Shown: one piece after another, positions 53,007 through 64,000 of the stretch
Numbering within the stretch: position 1 is the stretch's first letter
Layout of the letters: the number at the start of each line of letters is the position of its first letter
Assembly (NCBI GenBank): GCA_963754875.1
Contig: CAVWHO010000011.1
Span: forward strand, 32,001-96,000
Reading direction: 5' to 3'
Source of the DNA: Nitrospirota bacterium
Lineage (GTDB): Bacteria; Nitrospirota; UBA9217
DNA length: 64,000 nt
Position numbers and translations under genes: made by a program
Notes under the pieces: model-generated
Database searches by the model: none
Told to the model about the DNA's origin: nothing
What the model saw: only the letters and a program-made list of their open reading frames with translations

Positions 53007-53201
53007 TTACGCCTCTTCCACTTTGATGAGATGAGAAACCTTGTTGATCATGCCCCGTATCTGCGGCGAATCCACGCGGACCACTGAATGATTCAATTTC
53101 CGGAGACCAAGTCCGATGAGCACAACCTTATGTTTTCCCGGACGCGCAATGCCACTTTTGACCAGGGTTATTTTTATTTTTTTTTCGCCAGCGTTTGCCA
53201 T
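53007..53201 (-). CDS. rpmD: 50S ribosomal protein L30
   Basis: IKITLVKS; LGLRK; RGMI.KV.HL. Confidence 0.97.
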   Translation of the reverse strand: MANAGEKKIKITLVKSGIARPGKHKVVLIGLGLRKLNHSVVRVDSPQIRGMINKVSHLIKVEEA

Positions 53202-53203
53202 GT

Positions 53204-53713
53204 TTATCCAAGCTCCTCTACTGTTCTGCCGCGAAGCGCTGCCACCTGGACGGCGCTCCTCAGCCTCATCAATCCATTGATCGTGGCACTGACGACGTTG
53301 TGAGGGTTGCTGGAACCGAGCGACTTGCAGAGCACGTTTCGTACGCCTACAACTTCAAGCACGGACCTGCTCGCTCCGCCTGCGATCAATCCCGTACCCT
53401 CGGAAGCCGGCTTAAGCAACACTTTTCCGGCTCCGTAATGACCAAGGATTGCATGGGGTATTGTATCGCCTTTGAGCGAAACCTGTACCATATTCTTTTT
53501 GGCACGTTCAACTGCCTTCTTGATGGCAACCGGCGCCTCGGCTGCTTTACCTTTGCCAACGCCGATTTTGCCTTTTCCGTCTCCCACGACTACGAGAGCA
53601 CTGAAGTTGAACCGCTTGCCGCCCTTGACGACCTTGGCCACGCGGTTTAAATACACCAGCTTATCTTTCAGGCCGTCGCCTTCTTCTGCATCCTTCTGAT
53701 ATCGCTCTGCCAA
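53204..53713 (-). CDS. rpsE: 30S ribosomal protein S5
   Basis: [18 protein letters not shown]. Confidence 0.99.
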   Translation of the reverse strand: MAERYQKDAEEGDGLKDKLVYLNRVAKVVKGGKRFNFSALVVVGDGKGKIGVGKGKAAEAPVAIKKAVERAKKNMVQVSLKGDTIPHAILGHYGAGKVLLKPASEGTGLIAGGASRSVLEVVGVRNVLCKSLGSSNPHNVVSATINGLMRLRSAVQVAALRGRTVEELG

Positions 53714-53739
53714 TGCCGCCTCCGAAATTAACCCTTAAC

Positions 53740-54102
53740 CTAGAAGTTAAGTCCCTTTTCACGCGCCGCATCTGCCAGTGCCTTGACACAGCCGTGATAT
53801 TGATTCCCGCCGCGATCGAACACTGCGGATTTGATATTCTTGCCCAGCGCTCGCTCTGCCAGGTTAGCCCCGACCTTCTTAGCCGCAACCACGTTGCCGC
53901 AATGCTTCAGGCTTTCGTTGATGGCTTTTTCCGTAGACGCAGCCGCGATGATCGTCTTTCCGGTCGTATCATCAATAAGCTGGGCGTAAATATGGCTCAA
54001 ACTCTTGTACACGCTCAACCGCGGTTTAACCGCCGTACCGACGACTTTTTTCCTGATGCGTTCGCGTCTTCTTTGCCTGGATACTAATTTACTCTGTGCC
54101 AC
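53740..54102 (-). CDS. rplR: 50S ribosomal protein L18
   Basis: PRLSV; HIYAQLIDD; VFDRGG. Confidence 0.99.
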   Translation of the reverse strand: MAQSKLVSRQRRRERIRKKVVGTAVKPRLSVYKSLSHIYAQLIDDTTGKTIIAAASTEKAINESLKHCGNVVAAKKVGANLAERALGKNIKSAVFDRGGNQYHGCVKALADAAREKGLNF

Positions 54103-54175
54103 GTTTATTCTCCATCATGCTGTTTGCTGTCGAATAGATCATCCGATAGCCGCAGTCTGCAATTAATATGAGTCC

Positions 54176-54724
54176 CTACTTGCCGCCCTTTCCAGCCTTA
54201 CCTTCTTTTCGTTGAATAACTTCGCCGCCATATTTAATACCTTTGCCTTTATACGGCTCCGGTTTTTTCAGGTTTCTGATATTCGCTGCGATCTGCCCTA
54301 TGAGCTGTTTATCGACACCCTTGAGCGTAATCAGTGTCTGCTTTGCATCAACCGTTGCTTTGATCCCCTTCGGGAGCGGGTAAACAATCGGATGGGAGAA
54401 ACCGAGGTTTAACATCAGATTCGTCCCCTGCGCCGATGCCTTGAAGCCGACACCGGTAATTTCCAGAGTTTTCTCGTACCCCTTGCTTACACCGTTGACC
54501 ATGTTGGCGATAAGATTCCTCGTCAATCCATGAATCTCCCGGTATATCTTCTGGTTCGACGGACGCTCCACCGACAGTTTATTGTTCTCTTTTTTTATCG
54601 TCAACTTCGGATTCACATCTTGGCTGATCTCGCCGAGCGGCCCTTTGACCGTAACTCTGCCGATCTCCAGTTTGGCGTCTACCCCTGATGGAATATCTAT
54701 CGGTTTTTTCCCAACCCTTGACAT
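54176..54724 (-). CDS. rplF: 50S ribosomal protein L6
   Basis: MSRVGKKP; PEPYKGKG. Confidence 0.99.
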   Translation of the reverse strand: MSRVGKKPIDIPSGVDAKLEIGRVTVKGPLGEISQDVNPKLTIKKENNKLSVERPSNQKIYREIHGLTRNLIANMVNGVSKGYEKTLEITGVGFKASAQGTNLMLNLGFSHPIVYPLPKGIKATVDAKQTLITLKGVDKQLIGQIAANIRNLKKPEPYKGKGIKYGGEVIQRKEGKAGKGGK

Positions 54725-54767
54725 AACAGCTCCTACGCTCCTAAAAGGACGAAATCATTGCTCGAAT

Positions 54768-55163
54768 TTACCACACGTGACAAAGCACTTCTCCGCCAAC
54801 ATTGTCTTTTTTTGCCTGTTTGCCGGTCTGTACTCCCTTGGGAGTAGACAGGATCGCAGTGCCCAAGCCGGCCAAGACTTTCGGAATGGCATCGTTGCCG
54901 GCATAGACCCGGCGTCCCGGCTTGCTGACCCGTTTCAGTCCCTGAATGACGGGCAATTCTTCATCGGTATACTTCAGGTACACTCGAATAAGACCTTGCC
55001 TGCGATCTTTTACCAGCTTTACGTTCTTTACGTACCCCTCGTCCTTGAGAATCTTCGCAATCTCAATCTTCAACTTCGACGAAGGAATATCGACTTTTTC
55101 ATGTTTTGCCTTACTGGCATTGCGGATTCGCGTCAGCATATCCGCTATCGGATCGGTCATCAT
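54768..55163 (-). CDS. rpsH: 30S ribosomal protein S8
   Basis: [21 protein letters not shown]. Confidence 0.99.
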   Translation of the reverse strand: MMTDPIADMLTRIRNASKAKHEKVDIPSSKLKIEIAKILKDEGYVKNVKLVKDRRQGLIRVYLKYTDEELPVIQGLKRVSKPGRRVYAGNDAIPKVLAGLGTAILSTPKGVQTGKQAKKDNVGGEVLCHVW

Positions 55164-55182
55164 CGATTCAAACCCCTTCTAT

Positions 55183-55368
55183 TTACCAGCTAGCCTTGAT
55201 CACGCCCGGGATCTCTCCCCGGAGCGCTCGGTTTCTGAAACAGATCCTGCACATGTCAAACTTCCGCAGGTACCCTCGCGAGCGTCCGCAGAGCGGACAA
55301 CGATGATACTCGCGCACCTTAAACTTGGATGGTCTTGACGCCTTTGCTATCAATGACTTCTTTGCCAT
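55183..55368 (-). CDS. rpsN: 30S ribosomal protein S14 (zinc type)
   Basis: MAKKS..RCPLCGR..CRICFR..ASW. Confidence 0.97.
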   Translation of the reverse strand: MAKKSLIAKASRPSKFKVREYHRCPLCGRSRGYLRKFDMCRICFRNRALRGEIPGVIKASW

Positions 55369-55396
55369 TGCTCCTCCATCGCGTCCGGTAACCGGA

Positions 55397-56104
55397 CTAC
55401 TTCCTGTACGGCATTCCCATATGGCCGAGCAGCGCCCTGCCTTCTTCATCGGTCTTTGCTGTTGTAACAATCACGATATCCATTCCGTGGATCGAGTCTA
55501 CCTTGTCAATTTCGATCTCCGGGAATATAACCTGTTCTTTAATCCCCAACGTGTAGTTTCCCCTGCCGTCAAAGGATTTGGATGGCACACCCTTAAAATC
55601 CCTGATGCGCGGGAGCGCCGCGCTGATGAACCGATCAAGAAATTCGTACATACGCTCGCGCCTGAGCGTCACCATGCACCCTATCGCCATTCCTTCGCGA
55701 AGCTTGAAGGTTGCAATAGATTTTTTGGCGTGAGTAATGACAGGTCGCTGGCCTGTGATTTTTGCCATCTCTTCTGCGGCAAATTCCAATGCCTTCGCAT
55801 TGGAGATCGCCTCACCCATACCAACGTTCAAAACGATCTTCACCAACTTCGGGGCCTGCATTGGGTTCTTGTACTGAAATTGCTTCATCATCGCTGGCAC
55901 GACGACATCATGATACCGCTGTTTCATCCGAGGAGTCGGAATGCGTTCTGGTGCCTTTTTCTGCTTCCCCTCCGGGGACGACGCGTCTGCTTTTGCCTCA
56001 GCCGACGCTGCCTTTACTTTCCCGGCCGCCTTGGGGGCTTTGGCAGTAACCTTCTTCTGGTCGCCGCTTTTTGTCTCTTTACTTTTGTCTTTTTTATCAG
56101 CCAT
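55397..56104 (-). CDS. rplE: 50S ribosomal protein L5 with Lys/Ala-rich N-terminal extension
   Basis: KIVLNVG; LPRIRDF; FDGRGNY. Confidence 0.97.
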   Translation of the reverse strand: MADKKDKSKETKSGDQKKVTAKAPKAAGKVKAASAEAKADASSPEGKQKKAPERIPTPRMKQRYHDVVVPAMMKQFQYKNPMQAPKLVKIVLNVGMGEAISNAKALEFAAEEMAKITGQRPVITHAKKSIATFKLREGMAIGCMVTLRRERMYEFLDRFISAALPRIRDFKGVPSKSFDGRGNYTLGIKEQVIFPEIEIDKVDSIHGMDIVIVTTAKTDEEGRALLGHMGMPYRK

Positions 56105-56165
56105 AGATCGTCTTTCCTGTATTTACTTACCGTTCTCTATAATCTGTCTGAACAGTCCGTGGATC

Positions 56166-56477
56166 CTAGTCAATGGTCTCATTGCAGGTCTTGCACACTC
56201 GAACGCGCGCCCCTTCTCCTTGGGCTTTCCTCGCAGTAGTTGTGGGTTTGTCGCACTTTGAACAGATCAGCTTCACATTCGATGCGGAAATGGGGCTTTC
56301 CTTTTCCACAATGCCCCCCTGTCTGATCTGCTGGTTGGGCCGTGTATGCCGCTTGATCATGTTCAGTTTCTCGATGAGGAGCCTGTTGGCTGCGGGGTAT
56401 ACGGCAATTACCCTGCCTCGCTTCCCTTTCTCCTTGCCGGAGATGACCAATACAGTATCGTTCTTCTTTATCAGCAT
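56166..56477 (-). CDS. rplX: 50S ribosomal protein L24
   Basis: IKKNDTV.VISGKEKGK. Confidence 0.98.
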   Translation of the reverse strand: MLIKKNDTVLVISGKEKGKRGRVIAVYPAANRLLIEKLNMIKRHTRPNQQIRQGGIVEKESPISASNVKLICSKCDKPTTTARKAQGEGARVRVCKTCNETID

Positions 56478-56523
56478 AATTCCTGTCCTGCTTTTCTCTA
56501 GCGATTTTAATTTCTAATCGTTT

Positions 56524-56892
56524 CTACAGCACTTCGGGCGCCAAAGAGATAATTTTCATGAAATTTTTCTTGCGGAGTTCCCGCGCAACAGGCCCGAAGA
56601 TACGCGTCCCGATCGGTTCATTTGCATTGTTGATCAATACTGCGGCGTTCCGGTCGAACTTTATGTACGACCCATCTTGCCGGCGCACCTCTTTTGTCGT
56701 TCGTACGACAACGGCCTTCGCTACTGTCCCCTTTTTCACCTGGCCTTCGGGTATCGCCATTTTGATGGCCACCACGATTACGTCACCCAGCGAAGCATAC
56801 CGCTTGCGGGTTCCGCCGAGCACTTTTATGCACATAACTTTTTTTGCGCCGGAGTTATCGGCCACGTCCAAAACAGTTTGTTGCTGAATCAT
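56524..56892 (-). CDS. rplN: 50S ribosomal protein L14
   Basis: [20 protein letters not shown]. Confidence 0.99.
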   Translation of the reverse strand: MIQQQTVLDVADNSGAKKVMCIKVLGGTRKRYASLGDVIVVAIKMAIPEGQVKKGTVAKAVVVRTTKEVRRQDGSYIKFDRNAAVLINNANEPIGTRIFGPVARELRKKNFMKIISLAPEVL

Positions 56893-56928
56893 ATCTCAAT
56901 CCTCTGCGCGAAGAGTTTTCGTTCCGAC

Positions 56929-57186
56929 TTAATTTGCTTTCTCGATAATTTCAAGCACTTTCCAGCGCTTTTCCTTGGACAACGGCCGCGTCTCGATGAA
57001 ACGCACCGTATCGCCGACCTTGCACTCATTCTTCTCGTCATGGGCCTTGAACTTAGTCGTGCGTTTGACAGTCTTTCCGTACCGTGAATGAGCGATACGT
57101 CTCGTCACCGCCAACACAACGGTCTTGTCCATTTTATCGCTGATGACCTGCCCGATGTACGCTTTTCTTTTTTTAGCCTCGTCCAT
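56929..57186 (-). CDS. rpsQ: 30S ribosomal protein S17
   Basis: SDKMDKT; ETRPLSK. Confidence 0.99.
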   Translation of the reverse strand: MDEAKKRKAYIGQVISDKMDKTVVLAVTRRIAHSRYGKTVKRTTKFKAHDEKNECKVGDTVRFIETRPLSKEKRWKVLEIIEKAN

Positions 57187-57367
57187 ATTTTTCCTTTAAC
57201 ACTGTTTTTGCTTTTGCGATATCCCTGCGCAGCATTCTCAGGCGCATCGGGTTTTCAATCTGGCCCATGGCCTGCTGAACACGGAGGTTAAAGAGCTCTT
57301 TCTTGATATCGGCGGCCTTTGCCTGCAGTTCTTCGTTCGACAGGTCTCTCAATTCTCTTATTTTCAT
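57173..57367 (-). CDS. rpmC: 50S ribosomal protein L29
   Basis: ELFNLR; RRDIA. Confidence 0.97.
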   Translation of the reverse strand: MKIRELRDLSNEELQAKAADIKKELFNLRVQQAMGQIENPMRLRMLRRDIAKAKTVLKEKYGRG

Positions 57368-57780
57368 ATATCAGCCTCCCGGGAGACGAACTTCGTTGCT
57401 ATCGGCAGTTTATACGCTGCCAACCGAAACGCCTCTCTGGCTACGGATTCATCAACGCCGCCCATCTCGTACAGTACCCGCCCCGGCTTTACTACAGCCA
57501 CCCAGTACTCCGGCGCACCCTTTCCTTTACCCATACGGGTTTCAGCAGGTTTTTTCGTGATCGGCTTATCCGGAAAAATACGTATCCAGATTTTTCCGCC
57601 CCGTTTGACGTAACGGGTCATAGCAATACGAGCTGCCTCTATCTGCCTGCTCGTGATCCAACCCGGTTCCAGAACCTTAAGGCCGTACTCGCCGTAGCTG
57701 ACTTCCGCGCCACGGTAGGCAATGCCCTTCATTCTGCCTTTGTGCATTTTCCTGTGTTTTACTCGTTTGGGTGCTAACAT
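57364..57780 (-). CDS. rplP: 50S ribosomal protein L16
   Basis: [16 protein letters not shown]. Confidence 0.99.
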   Translation of the reverse strand: MLAPKRVKHRKMHKGRMKGIAYRGAEVSYGEYGLKVLEPGWITSRQIEAARIAMTRYVKRGGKIWIRIFPDKPITKKPAETRMGKGKGAPEYWVAVVKPGRVLYEMGGVDESVAREAFRLAAYKLPIATKFVSREADI

Positions 57781-57829
57781 AATGACAATCCTTTAGTCCG
57801 GCGTTTCACGCACGAATTAATTTATTAAA

Positions 57830-58474
57830 TTACGCAGCGGTTGTCGGCTGCTGGAGGACATCGCCACGGTAAATCCAAACTTTGACGCCAATCTGGCCCA
57901 TCGTGGTTTTTGCCTCAAAGAACCCATACTGGATATCGGCTCGAAGCGTGTGGAGAGGCACGCGGCCCTCGCGGTACCACTCGGTCCTGGCTATTTCCGC
58001 TCCGGCAAGTCTGCCTGCACAGGTGATTTTGATACCCTGTGCGCCGAGACGAAGGGCTGACGTAACGGCCTTTTTCATGGCTCTGCGGAAGGCTATCCGG
58101 CGTTCGAGTTGGAGTGCGATATTTTCCGCAACGAGTTGTGCATCCAGTTCCGGACGTCTGATCTCCTGAATGTTGATATACATCTGCTTGCCCGTCATGG
58201 TTTCGAGGTCTTTTTTGAGCTTGTCTACCTCGGCACCTTTTTTGCCGATGATAATACCGGGGCGTGCCGTATGGATGTTGATCTTTGCCTTCTGACCGGC
58301 ACGCTCGATCTCCACCTTGGCAACGCCGGCATGCATGAGCCGCTCTTTCACAATCTTGCGGATCTTTATGTCTTCATGGAGGAGCGCAGCATAGTTTTTC
58401 TGAGAAAACCAGCGCGAATCCCATGTTTTTATGATCCCAAGCCGTAACCCAATCGGATGAACCTTTTGTCCCAT
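57830..58474 (-). CDS. rpsC: 30S ribosomal protein S3
   Basis: [18 protein letters not shown]. Confidence 0.99.
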   Translation of the reverse strand: MGQKVHPIGLRLGIIKTWDSRWFSQKNYAALLHEDIKIRKIVKERLMHAGVAKVEIERAGQKAKINIHTARPGIIIGKKGAEVDKLKKDLETMTGKQMYINIQEIRRPELDAQLVAENIALQLERRIAFRRAMKKAVTSALRLGAQGIKITCAGRLAGAEIARTEWYREGRVPLHTLRADIQYGFFEAKTTMGQIGVKVWIYRGDVLQQPTTAA

Positions 58475-58490
58475 GACGCCTCCGTAAAAC

Positions 58491-58823
58491 CTACGCTGAC
58501 AAGACCAGCGTTATATGACTTGTTCTTTTTCTGATCACATTACCCCTGCCCATTGCACGGGCACGCATCCGCTTCATCGTGACGCCCTGGTTGACAAAGG
58601 CCTTGGTTACTTTCAGTGTATCGAGGTCGCCGACTTTTTTCTGTTCAGCATTGGCCACTGCTGAATCAAGGAGCTTCTTGACGATCCGCGCGGCGTGAAG
58701 CGGGGTGAATGTGAGAATGTTGATGGCATCTCCAACCATCTTGCCTCGAATGAGATCAATCACCTGTCTCGCCTTGCGAGGTGTAATGCGTATATGTCTG
58801 ACTGTTGCGCTTGCTTCTGCCAT
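58491..58823 (-). CDS. rplV: 50S ribosomal protein L22
   Basis: PRKAR; SAVANA; TSHIT. Confidence 0.99.
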   Translation of the reverse strand: MAEASATVRHIRITPRKARQVIDLIRGKMVGDAINILTFTPLHAARIVKKLLDSAVANAEQKKVGDLDTLKVTKAFVNQGVTMKRMRARAMGRGNVIRKRTSHITLVLSA

Positions 58824-58862
58824 CTGACTTTCCTCACTCTCAAGAACGACGCACTCTCCGTC

Positions 58863-59153
58863 CTACTTCGGCGTACTCGCCTTTTCCGCAGCTTTTGATC
58901 CACCGTGTGCCTTGAATGTCCGGGTTGGAGAAAATTCCCCCAGTTTGTGACCGACCATGTTCTCGGTAATATAAACGGGGATAAACTTCTTGCCGTTATG
59001 CACCGCCATAGTGTGGCCGACAAAATCCGGCGTGATTGTCGATCTCCGGGACCAAGTCTTGAGGATTTTCTTTTCCCCGGCTGTGTTCATCGTCTCAACT
59101 TTTCTCATGAGACTTTCGTCAATAAAAGGGCCTTTTTTAACTGATCTCGGCAC
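58863..59153 (-). CDS. rpsS: 30S ribosomal protein S19
   Basis: [25 protein letters not shown] start at 59153. Confidence 0.98.
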   Translation of the reverse strand: MPRSVKKGPFIDESLMRKVETMNTAGEKKILKTWSRRSTITPDFVGHTMAVHNGKKFIPVYITENMVGHKLGEFSPTRTFKAHGGSKAAEKASTPK

Positions 59154-59207
59154 CGTACCCTCCGTTTGAACAGCTCGAACGGTTTCAACCGTTCTGACTG
59201 CCATAAT

Positions 59208-60035
59208 CTACCTGCTCTTGGTTCTTCTCGAAATAATAAACTTAGTCGTCGTTTTGTTTTTCCGCGTCTTTTTCCCGTCCGGAAGGCCCCAAGGTGAGCA
59301 GCCAGGCCTTCCGCCTGAAGACTTTCCTTCACCGCCGCCGAGAGGATGATCAACAGGGTTCATCGCCACACCGCGGACCCTCGGCCGCATTCCCATCCAA
59401 CGAGCCCTACCTGCCTTGCCTATGCTGATGTTCTCATGATCAAGGTTGCCTACCTGACCTATTGTCGCCATACATTCGGAGCGGACCTTGCGCACTTCTC
59501 CGGAGTTCAACCGCAACGTGGCATATTCGCCTTCACGGGCAAGAAGCTGTACAGTGGAGCCGGCGCTCCGGGCAAGTTGGGCTCCCGCACCCTTCTTCAG
59601 TTCCACATTGTGAATGTTAGTACCTACGGGAATCGCGCTCATCGGCAGCGCATTTCCCGGTTTGATGTCTGCTTCAGGACCCGACGTAACGGTGTCGCCC
59701 ACGTTAAGCCCCAATGGCGCAATGATGTAGCGTTTTTCACCGTCTGCATAGTTGAGAAGTGCAATTCTCGCAGTGCGGTTTGGATCATACTCAATCTCAG
59801 CAACCTTTGCAGGCACGCCGGTTTTGTCACGCCGGAAGTCGATCACGCGGTATTTCTTCTTGTGCCAGCCGCCCCGATAGCGAGCGGTGATCTTGCCGCG
59901 GTTATTTCTTCCGCCGCTCTGACTGAGTTTCACTACGAGCGATTTCTCAGGCGTGCTTCGGGTGACCTCTTCAAAAGTTGAAGTGGTTTGGAAGCGCTTT
60001 CCCGGAGATGTTGGGTTATAGGTTTTTACTGGCAT
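59208..60035 (-). CDS. rplB: 50S ribosomal protein L2
   Basis: [20 protein letters not shown]. Confidence 0.99.
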   Translation of the reverse strand: MPVKTYNPTSPGKRFQTTSTFEEVTRSTPEKSLVVKLSQSGGRNNRGKITARYRGGWHKKKYRVIDFRRDKTGVPAKVAEIEYDPNRTARIALLNYADGEKRYIIAPLGLNVGDTVTSGPEADIKPGNALPMSAIPVGTNIHNVELKKGAGAQLARSAGSTVQLLAREGEYATLRLNSGEVRKVRSECMATIGQVGNLDHENISIGKAGRARWMGMRPRVRGVAMNPVDHPLGGGEGKSSGGRPGCSPWGLPDGKKTRKNKTTTKFIISRRTKSR

Positions 60036-60329
60036 TTACGCACCCTCAAATATATCGATCTTTTCACCAGGCTTGAGCGTTACATACGCCTTTTTCCAGT
60101 CAGACCTGCGACCGAGCCTCTGACCGACACGCTTGTTCTTGCCTGCATTTTTTACCGTCGTCACATCGGCAACCTTGACTTTGAATATTCCCTCGATTGC
60201 TTTCCTTACCTGCACCTTATTTGCATCAACTTTCACTTCAAAGGTTAGTACATTATTTTTTTCTTTCAGCCGCGCACCTTTTTCGGTTATCCGAGGTACG
60301 CGGATTATATCATAGAGGTCGATCGTCAT
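60036..60329 (-). CDS. rplW: 50S ribosomal protein L23
   Basis: ITEK; WKKAYVTL. Confidence 0.98.
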   Translation of the reverse strand: MTIDLYDIIRVPRITEKGARLKEKNNVLTFEVKVDANKVQVRKAIEGIFKVKVADVTTVKNAGKNKRVGQRLGRRSDWKKAYVTLKPGEKIDIFEGA

Positions 60330-60949
60330 TTACCGTACACCTCCTGCATGGCGTTGAGCACGTCCTGAGTTGTAATGAGGTATCGGTACTTGAGCATGTC
60401 ATAGACGTTGATATTGTCCATCCTGAGCACTTTGACTGCCTGAATGTTCCTCGCTGCCAGCGTCAAATTTTTATTCTCTGCCTTAATGAGGACTAGGACG
60501 TTTCCCTGTACGCCGAGTGTATCGAGCAATGTCGTCACCAATTTGGTCTTCGGTTCAGCCAGCTCCAGGCTGTTCACGAGGATAAGCCTGTTGTCAGCGA
60601 CTTTTGATGAAATTGCATCAACGAGGGCGGCCCGCTTTTCCTTTTTGGGGAGCGCATATGAATAGTCTCTCGGCATCGGCCCGAATATCGTACCACCGTG
60701 CCTCCAGAGCGGAGAGCGGTTGCTTCCTGCGCGTGCCCTGCCCGTACCTTTTTGTTTAAAAGGCTTTTTCCCTCCGCCGCTAACGAGCGCCTTGTTTTTG
60801 GTGGCGGCCGTGCCGGCTCTCCTGTTCGCCAGCTGATTCACGACCGCGGCATGCATCAGATGCGGGCGAACCGCCGTTCCAAACAAGCCCGGGAGCTCTA
60901 CGTCTTTTACTTTCTTATTGTTCTGATCAACCATTACGACTGACGGCAT
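60326..60949 (-). CDS. rplD: 50S ribosomal protein L4
   Basis: QKGTGRARAGS. Confidence 0.99.
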   Translation of the reverse strand: MPSVVMVDQNNKKVKDVELPGLFGTAVRPHLMHAAVVNQLANRRAGTAATKNKALVSGGGKKPFKQKGTGRARAGSNRSPLWRHGGTIFGPMPRDYSYALPKKEKRAALVDAISSKVADNRLILVNSLELAEPKTKLVTTLLDTLGVQGNVLVLIKAENKNLTLAARNIQAVKVLRMDNINVYDMLKYRYLITTQDVLNAMQEVYGK

Positions 60950-60967
60950 GTGCGAATCCTCTTATTC

Positions 60968-61582
60968 TTAATCAGCCTTGTAAATTAGGATAAGACCGTT
61001 GTCACCGCCTGGTACCGCTCCGCGAACAAACAGCAGATTCTGGTCAGGCCGTACATCAACAACCTCGATATTTTTTATTGTTACGTTCGCGCACCCCATG
61101 TGTCCAGGCAGTTTCTTCCCTGGCCAAACGCGTGAGGGATAGGCGCTGGCTCCAATAGAACCCGGCCTGCGGTTGAACATGGATCCGTGGCCGCCGGGAC
61201 CGCCGGCAAAATTATGCCGTTTCATGACGCCGGCAAACCCCTTTCCCTTGCTGACTCCACTCACCGCAATTCGTTCGCCCTTCTTAAACATTTCAACAGT
61301 AAGCACCTGGCCCTGTTCAAACTCTGCTGTGCGAAATTCTCGGAGAAAACGATGGGGCTGGATGTTCGCCTTCTTGAAGTGGCCGGCAACCGCTTTCGTC
61401 ACCCGTTCCTTCTTTTTTTCTTCCTCGAACGCCAGCTGTACCGAATCATAACCATTTGTTGCCGAAGTTTTTTTCTGGACGACTGTGCACGGACCCGCCT
61501 GAATGACGGTTACGGGAATCAACTCCCCGCCACTAAACTGCTGGCTCATGCCTATTTTTTTTCCAATAATTCCCTTGCTCAT
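60968..61582 (-). CDS. rplC: 50S ribosomal protein L3
   Basis: [19 protein letters not shown]. Confidence 0.99.
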   Translation of the reverse strand: MSKGIIGKKIGMSQQFSGGELIPVTVIQAGPCTVVQKKTSATNGYDSVQLAFEEEKKKERVTKAVAGHFKKANIQPHRFLREFRTAEFEQGQVLTVEMFKKGERIAVSGVSKGKGFAGVMKRHNFAGGPGGHGSMFNRRPGSIGASAYPSRVWPGKKLPGHMGCANVTIKNIEVVDVRPDQNLLFVRGAVPGGDNGLILIYKAD

Positions 61583-61651
61583 TGCGTTTCCCCTCATCCG
61601 CTCACCAGCCATGTTCATCAGGTACCGGTCTTGCCGCGGTTTGGTTTCTGT

Positions 61652-61957
61652 TTACAGCTTTATCTCCACATCTACGCCAGCGGCCAGATCCAGTTTCATC
61701 AGCGCATCTACCGTCTGCGGTGTAGGATCAAGAATGTCCATCAGCCGTTTGTGGGTCCTGATCTCAAACTGTTCACGGGACTTTTTGTCCACATGGGGAG
61801 ACCGGAGCACGGTCCAGCGGTTGATCCTGGTTGGCAATGGAATCGGGCCAGATACCTTGGCACCCGTCCTCTTTGCTGTATCCATAATTTCTACCGTCGA
61901 CTGGTCGAGCAGCCTGTGGTCGTATCCTTTGAGTCGTATCCTGATCTTTTGTGTCAC
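61652..61957 (-). CDS. rpsJ: 30S ribosomal protein S10
   Basis: GPIPLPT; KSREQFE. Confidence 0.99.
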   Translation of the reverse strand: MTQKIRIRLKGYDHRLLDQSTVEIMDTAKRTGAKVSGPIPLPTRINRWTVLRSPHVDKKSREQFEIRTHKRLMDILDPTPQTVDALMKLDLAAGVDVEIKL

Positions 61958-61976
61958 GTGCGATCCCTTCTCTTTC

Positions 61977-63176
61977 TTACTCGATCACTTGGGTGATAAC
62001 GCCGGCACCCACGGTACGGCCGCCCTCGCGGATGGCGAAACGCAGGCCCTGGTCCATGGCGATCGGGGTAATGAGTTCTACGCTGCAGGTCATATTGTCC
62101 CCAGGCATTACCATCTCAACGCCTTCGGCAAGCTTCACCACGCCCGTCACGTCGGTCGTCCGGAAATAGAACTGAGGACGGTATCCGTTGAAGAACGGCG
62201 TGTGCCGGCCCCCTTCTTCCTTCGTCAGAATGTATGCCTCGGCCTTGAACTTGGTGTGCGGGGTAATACTGCCGGGCTTCGCCAGCACCATGCCGCGCTC
62301 CACGTCTTCCTTTTTAACGCCACGGAGCAGGACCCCGACGTTGTCGCCGGCCTGCCCCTGGTCCAGAAGCTTCCGGAACATCTCGACGCCCGTCACCACG
62401 GTCTTCTGCGTGGGCTTGATTCCCACGATCTCGATTTCGTCGCTCACCTTTACGATGCCGCGTTCGATTCTGCCCGTCACCACTGTTCCCCGGCCGGCAA
62501 TCGAGAACACGTCTTCGATCGGCATCAGATACGGCTTGTCAATGTCGCGCTTCGGCTCGGGAATGTAGCTGTCGATGGCCTCCATGAGTTCCATGATGCT
62601 CTTGTACTCAGGCGCGTTGATGTCCTTGCTGTCGCTCTGGAGGGCCTTTAAGGCGCTTCCCTTGACGATCGGCGTCTTGTCTCCGGGGAACTGGTACTTG
62701 GACAACAGCTCCCGGATCTCAAGCTCGACGAGCTCGATCAACTCAGGGTCGTCCACCATGTCTACTTTGTTCATGTAAACAACAATATACGGCACGCCGA
62801 CCTGGCGGGCCAAAAGAATGTGTTCCCGTGTCTGGGGCATCGGGCCGTCTGCAGCGGACACCACCAGGATCGCTCCGTCCATCTGGGCGGCTCCCGTGAT
62901 CATGTTTTTCACATAATCGGCATGGCCGGGGCAGTCGACATGGGCATAGTGCCGCTTGTCTGTCTGGTATTCCACGTGCGCCGTGGCGATCGTGATGCCG
63001 CGCTCCCGTTCTTCCGGGGCCTTGTCGATCTGGTCGTAGGCCACGAAGCTCGCAAAGTTTTTGAGTGCAAGCACTTTCGTGATGGCTGCCGTCAACGTTG
63101 TCTTGCCGTGGTCTACGTGGCCAATCGTGCCCACGTTTACATGTGGTTTTGTTCTTTCAAATTTTGCCTTTGACAT
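61977..63176 (-). CDS. tuf: Elongation factor Tu
   Basis: [25 protein letters not shown]. Confidence 0.99.
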   Translation of the reverse strand: MSKAKFERTKPHVNVGTIGHVDHGKTTLTAAITKVLALKNFASFVAYDQIDKAPEERERGITIATAHVEYQTDKRHYAHVDCPGHADYVKNMITGAAQMDGAILVVSAADGPMPQTREHILLARQVGVPYIVVYMNKVDMVDDPELIELVELEIRELLSKYQFPGDKTPIVKGSALKALQSDSKDINAPEYKSIMELMEAIDSYIPEPKRDIDKPYLMPIEDVFSIAGRGTVVTGRIERGIVKVSDEIEIVGIKPTQKTVVTGVEMFRKLLDQGQAGDNVGVLLRGVKKEDVERGMVLAKPGSITPHTKFKAEAYILTKEEGGRHTPFFNGYRPQFYFRTTDVTGVVKLAEGVEMVMPGDNMTCSVELITPIAMDQGLRFAIREGGRTVGAGVITQVIE

Positions 63177-63230
63177 GCTGTCCGCCTCCTCTAAGGAAGT
63201 GTAAATTGTTTTTTACGAGTAAACGAATAA

Positions 63231-64000
63231 TTACTTCTTGACTGCTTCGCCCTTTACCTTGGCGATGATCTGCTCTGAAATAGTTTTTGGTACTTCTTCA
63301 TAGTGAGCGAACTGCATCGTATAAGTTGCCCGCCCCTGCGTCTTGGAGCGGATGTCAGTCGCATATCCAAACATCTCTGACAGCGGCACCTGAGCAGTGA
63401 TAACACGTCCTGCACCACGCATGTTCATGCCTTGCACACGGCCGCGGCGGGAGTTCAAATCGCCGATAATATCTCCCATGTACTCTTCGGCACAGACGAC
63501 TTCTACAGCCATGATTGGCTCGAGCAATGTTGGATTGGCCTTAGCCGCACCTTCTTTGAATCCCATGGAGCCAGCAATCTTAAATGCCATTTCCGAGGAG
63601 TCAACATCATGGTAGGACCCGTCGATAAGTGTGATCTTGATGTCGACCACGGGATATCCGGCCATGACGCCGTTTTGCATGGCCTCTTCAATACCCTTCT
63701 GGGTCGGAGCAACATATTCCTTGGGAACTGAGCCCCCAACGGTCTTATTCACAAACTCAAAGCCTTTTCCCGGCTCCTGCGGCTCGAGCTCAAGAACAAC
63801 ATGGCCGTATTGGCCGCGACCACCGGACTGACGTACAAATTTGCCCTCGGCAACAACCTTTTTCTTGATCGTTTCACGGTATGCGACCTGAGGTTTACCA
63901 ACATTCGCATCAACCTTAAACTCGCGCAAAAGACGGTCGACAATGATTTCGAGATGAAGCTCTCCCATACCCGAAATGATTGTCTGGCCGGTCTCAGTGT
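63231..64000 (-). CDS. fusA: Elongation factor G (5'-partial)
   Basis: [31 protein letters not shown]. Confidence 0.99.
   Translation of the reverse strand, partial: TETGQTIISGMGELHLEIIVDRLLREFKVDANVGKPQVAYRETIKKKVVAEGKFVRQSGGRGQYGHVVLELEPQEPGKGFEFVNKTVGGSVPKEYVAPTQKGIEEAMQNGVMAGYPVVDIKITLIDGSYHDVDSSEMAFKIAGSMGFKEGAAKANPTLLEPIMAVEVVCAEEYMGDIIGDLNSRRGRVQGMNMRGAGRVITAQVPLSEMFGYATDIRSKTQGRATYTMQFAHYEEVPKTISEQIIAKVKGEAVKK

Noticed and set aside
59154..59204. N-terminal extension of S19 in the ORF track
   Set aside because: GTG at 59153 has a GGAGGG RBS and gives the canonical N-terminus; the extension translates an intergenic hairpin

Overview
Bacterial chromosomal segment, probably from an anaerobic Nitrospirota- or Desulfobacterota-like organism (inferred from protein style, the futalosine pathway and the Geobacter-like ETF/Fe-S oxidoreductase; not tested phylogenetically). 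Layout: (1) 1-4.1 kb: ECF sigma / anti-sigma / periplasmic metal sensor / TolC operon interrupted by a complete IS481-family element with a 6-bp target duplication. (2) 4.5-9.9 kb: accessory patch with an STT3-like membrane glycosyltransferase, secreted proteins and what looks like a decayed integron cassette array. (3) 9.9-11.4 kb: IS110-family (IS1111-like) recombinase whose long 3' non-coding end folds into a two-loop bridge/seek-RNA-like structure with loop strands matching the reconstructed junction sequences. This is the most striking feature. (4) 11.5-26.9 kb: anaerobic fatty-acid beta-oxidation cluster with LiuR-type operators. (5) 27-46.7 kb: housekeeping genes (aroCKB, mqnBD, lemA-htpX fusion, moaD-moaE fusion, HspR-like regulator, ccdA, fchA-folD, porin, histidine kinase/HD-GYP pair) with two inverted copies of a ~100-bp structured repeat. 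(6) 46.8-64 kb: intact str-S10-spc-alpha ribosomal superoperon lacking adk. Many genes left of 43 kb carry 1-bp indels, most likely assembly errors.
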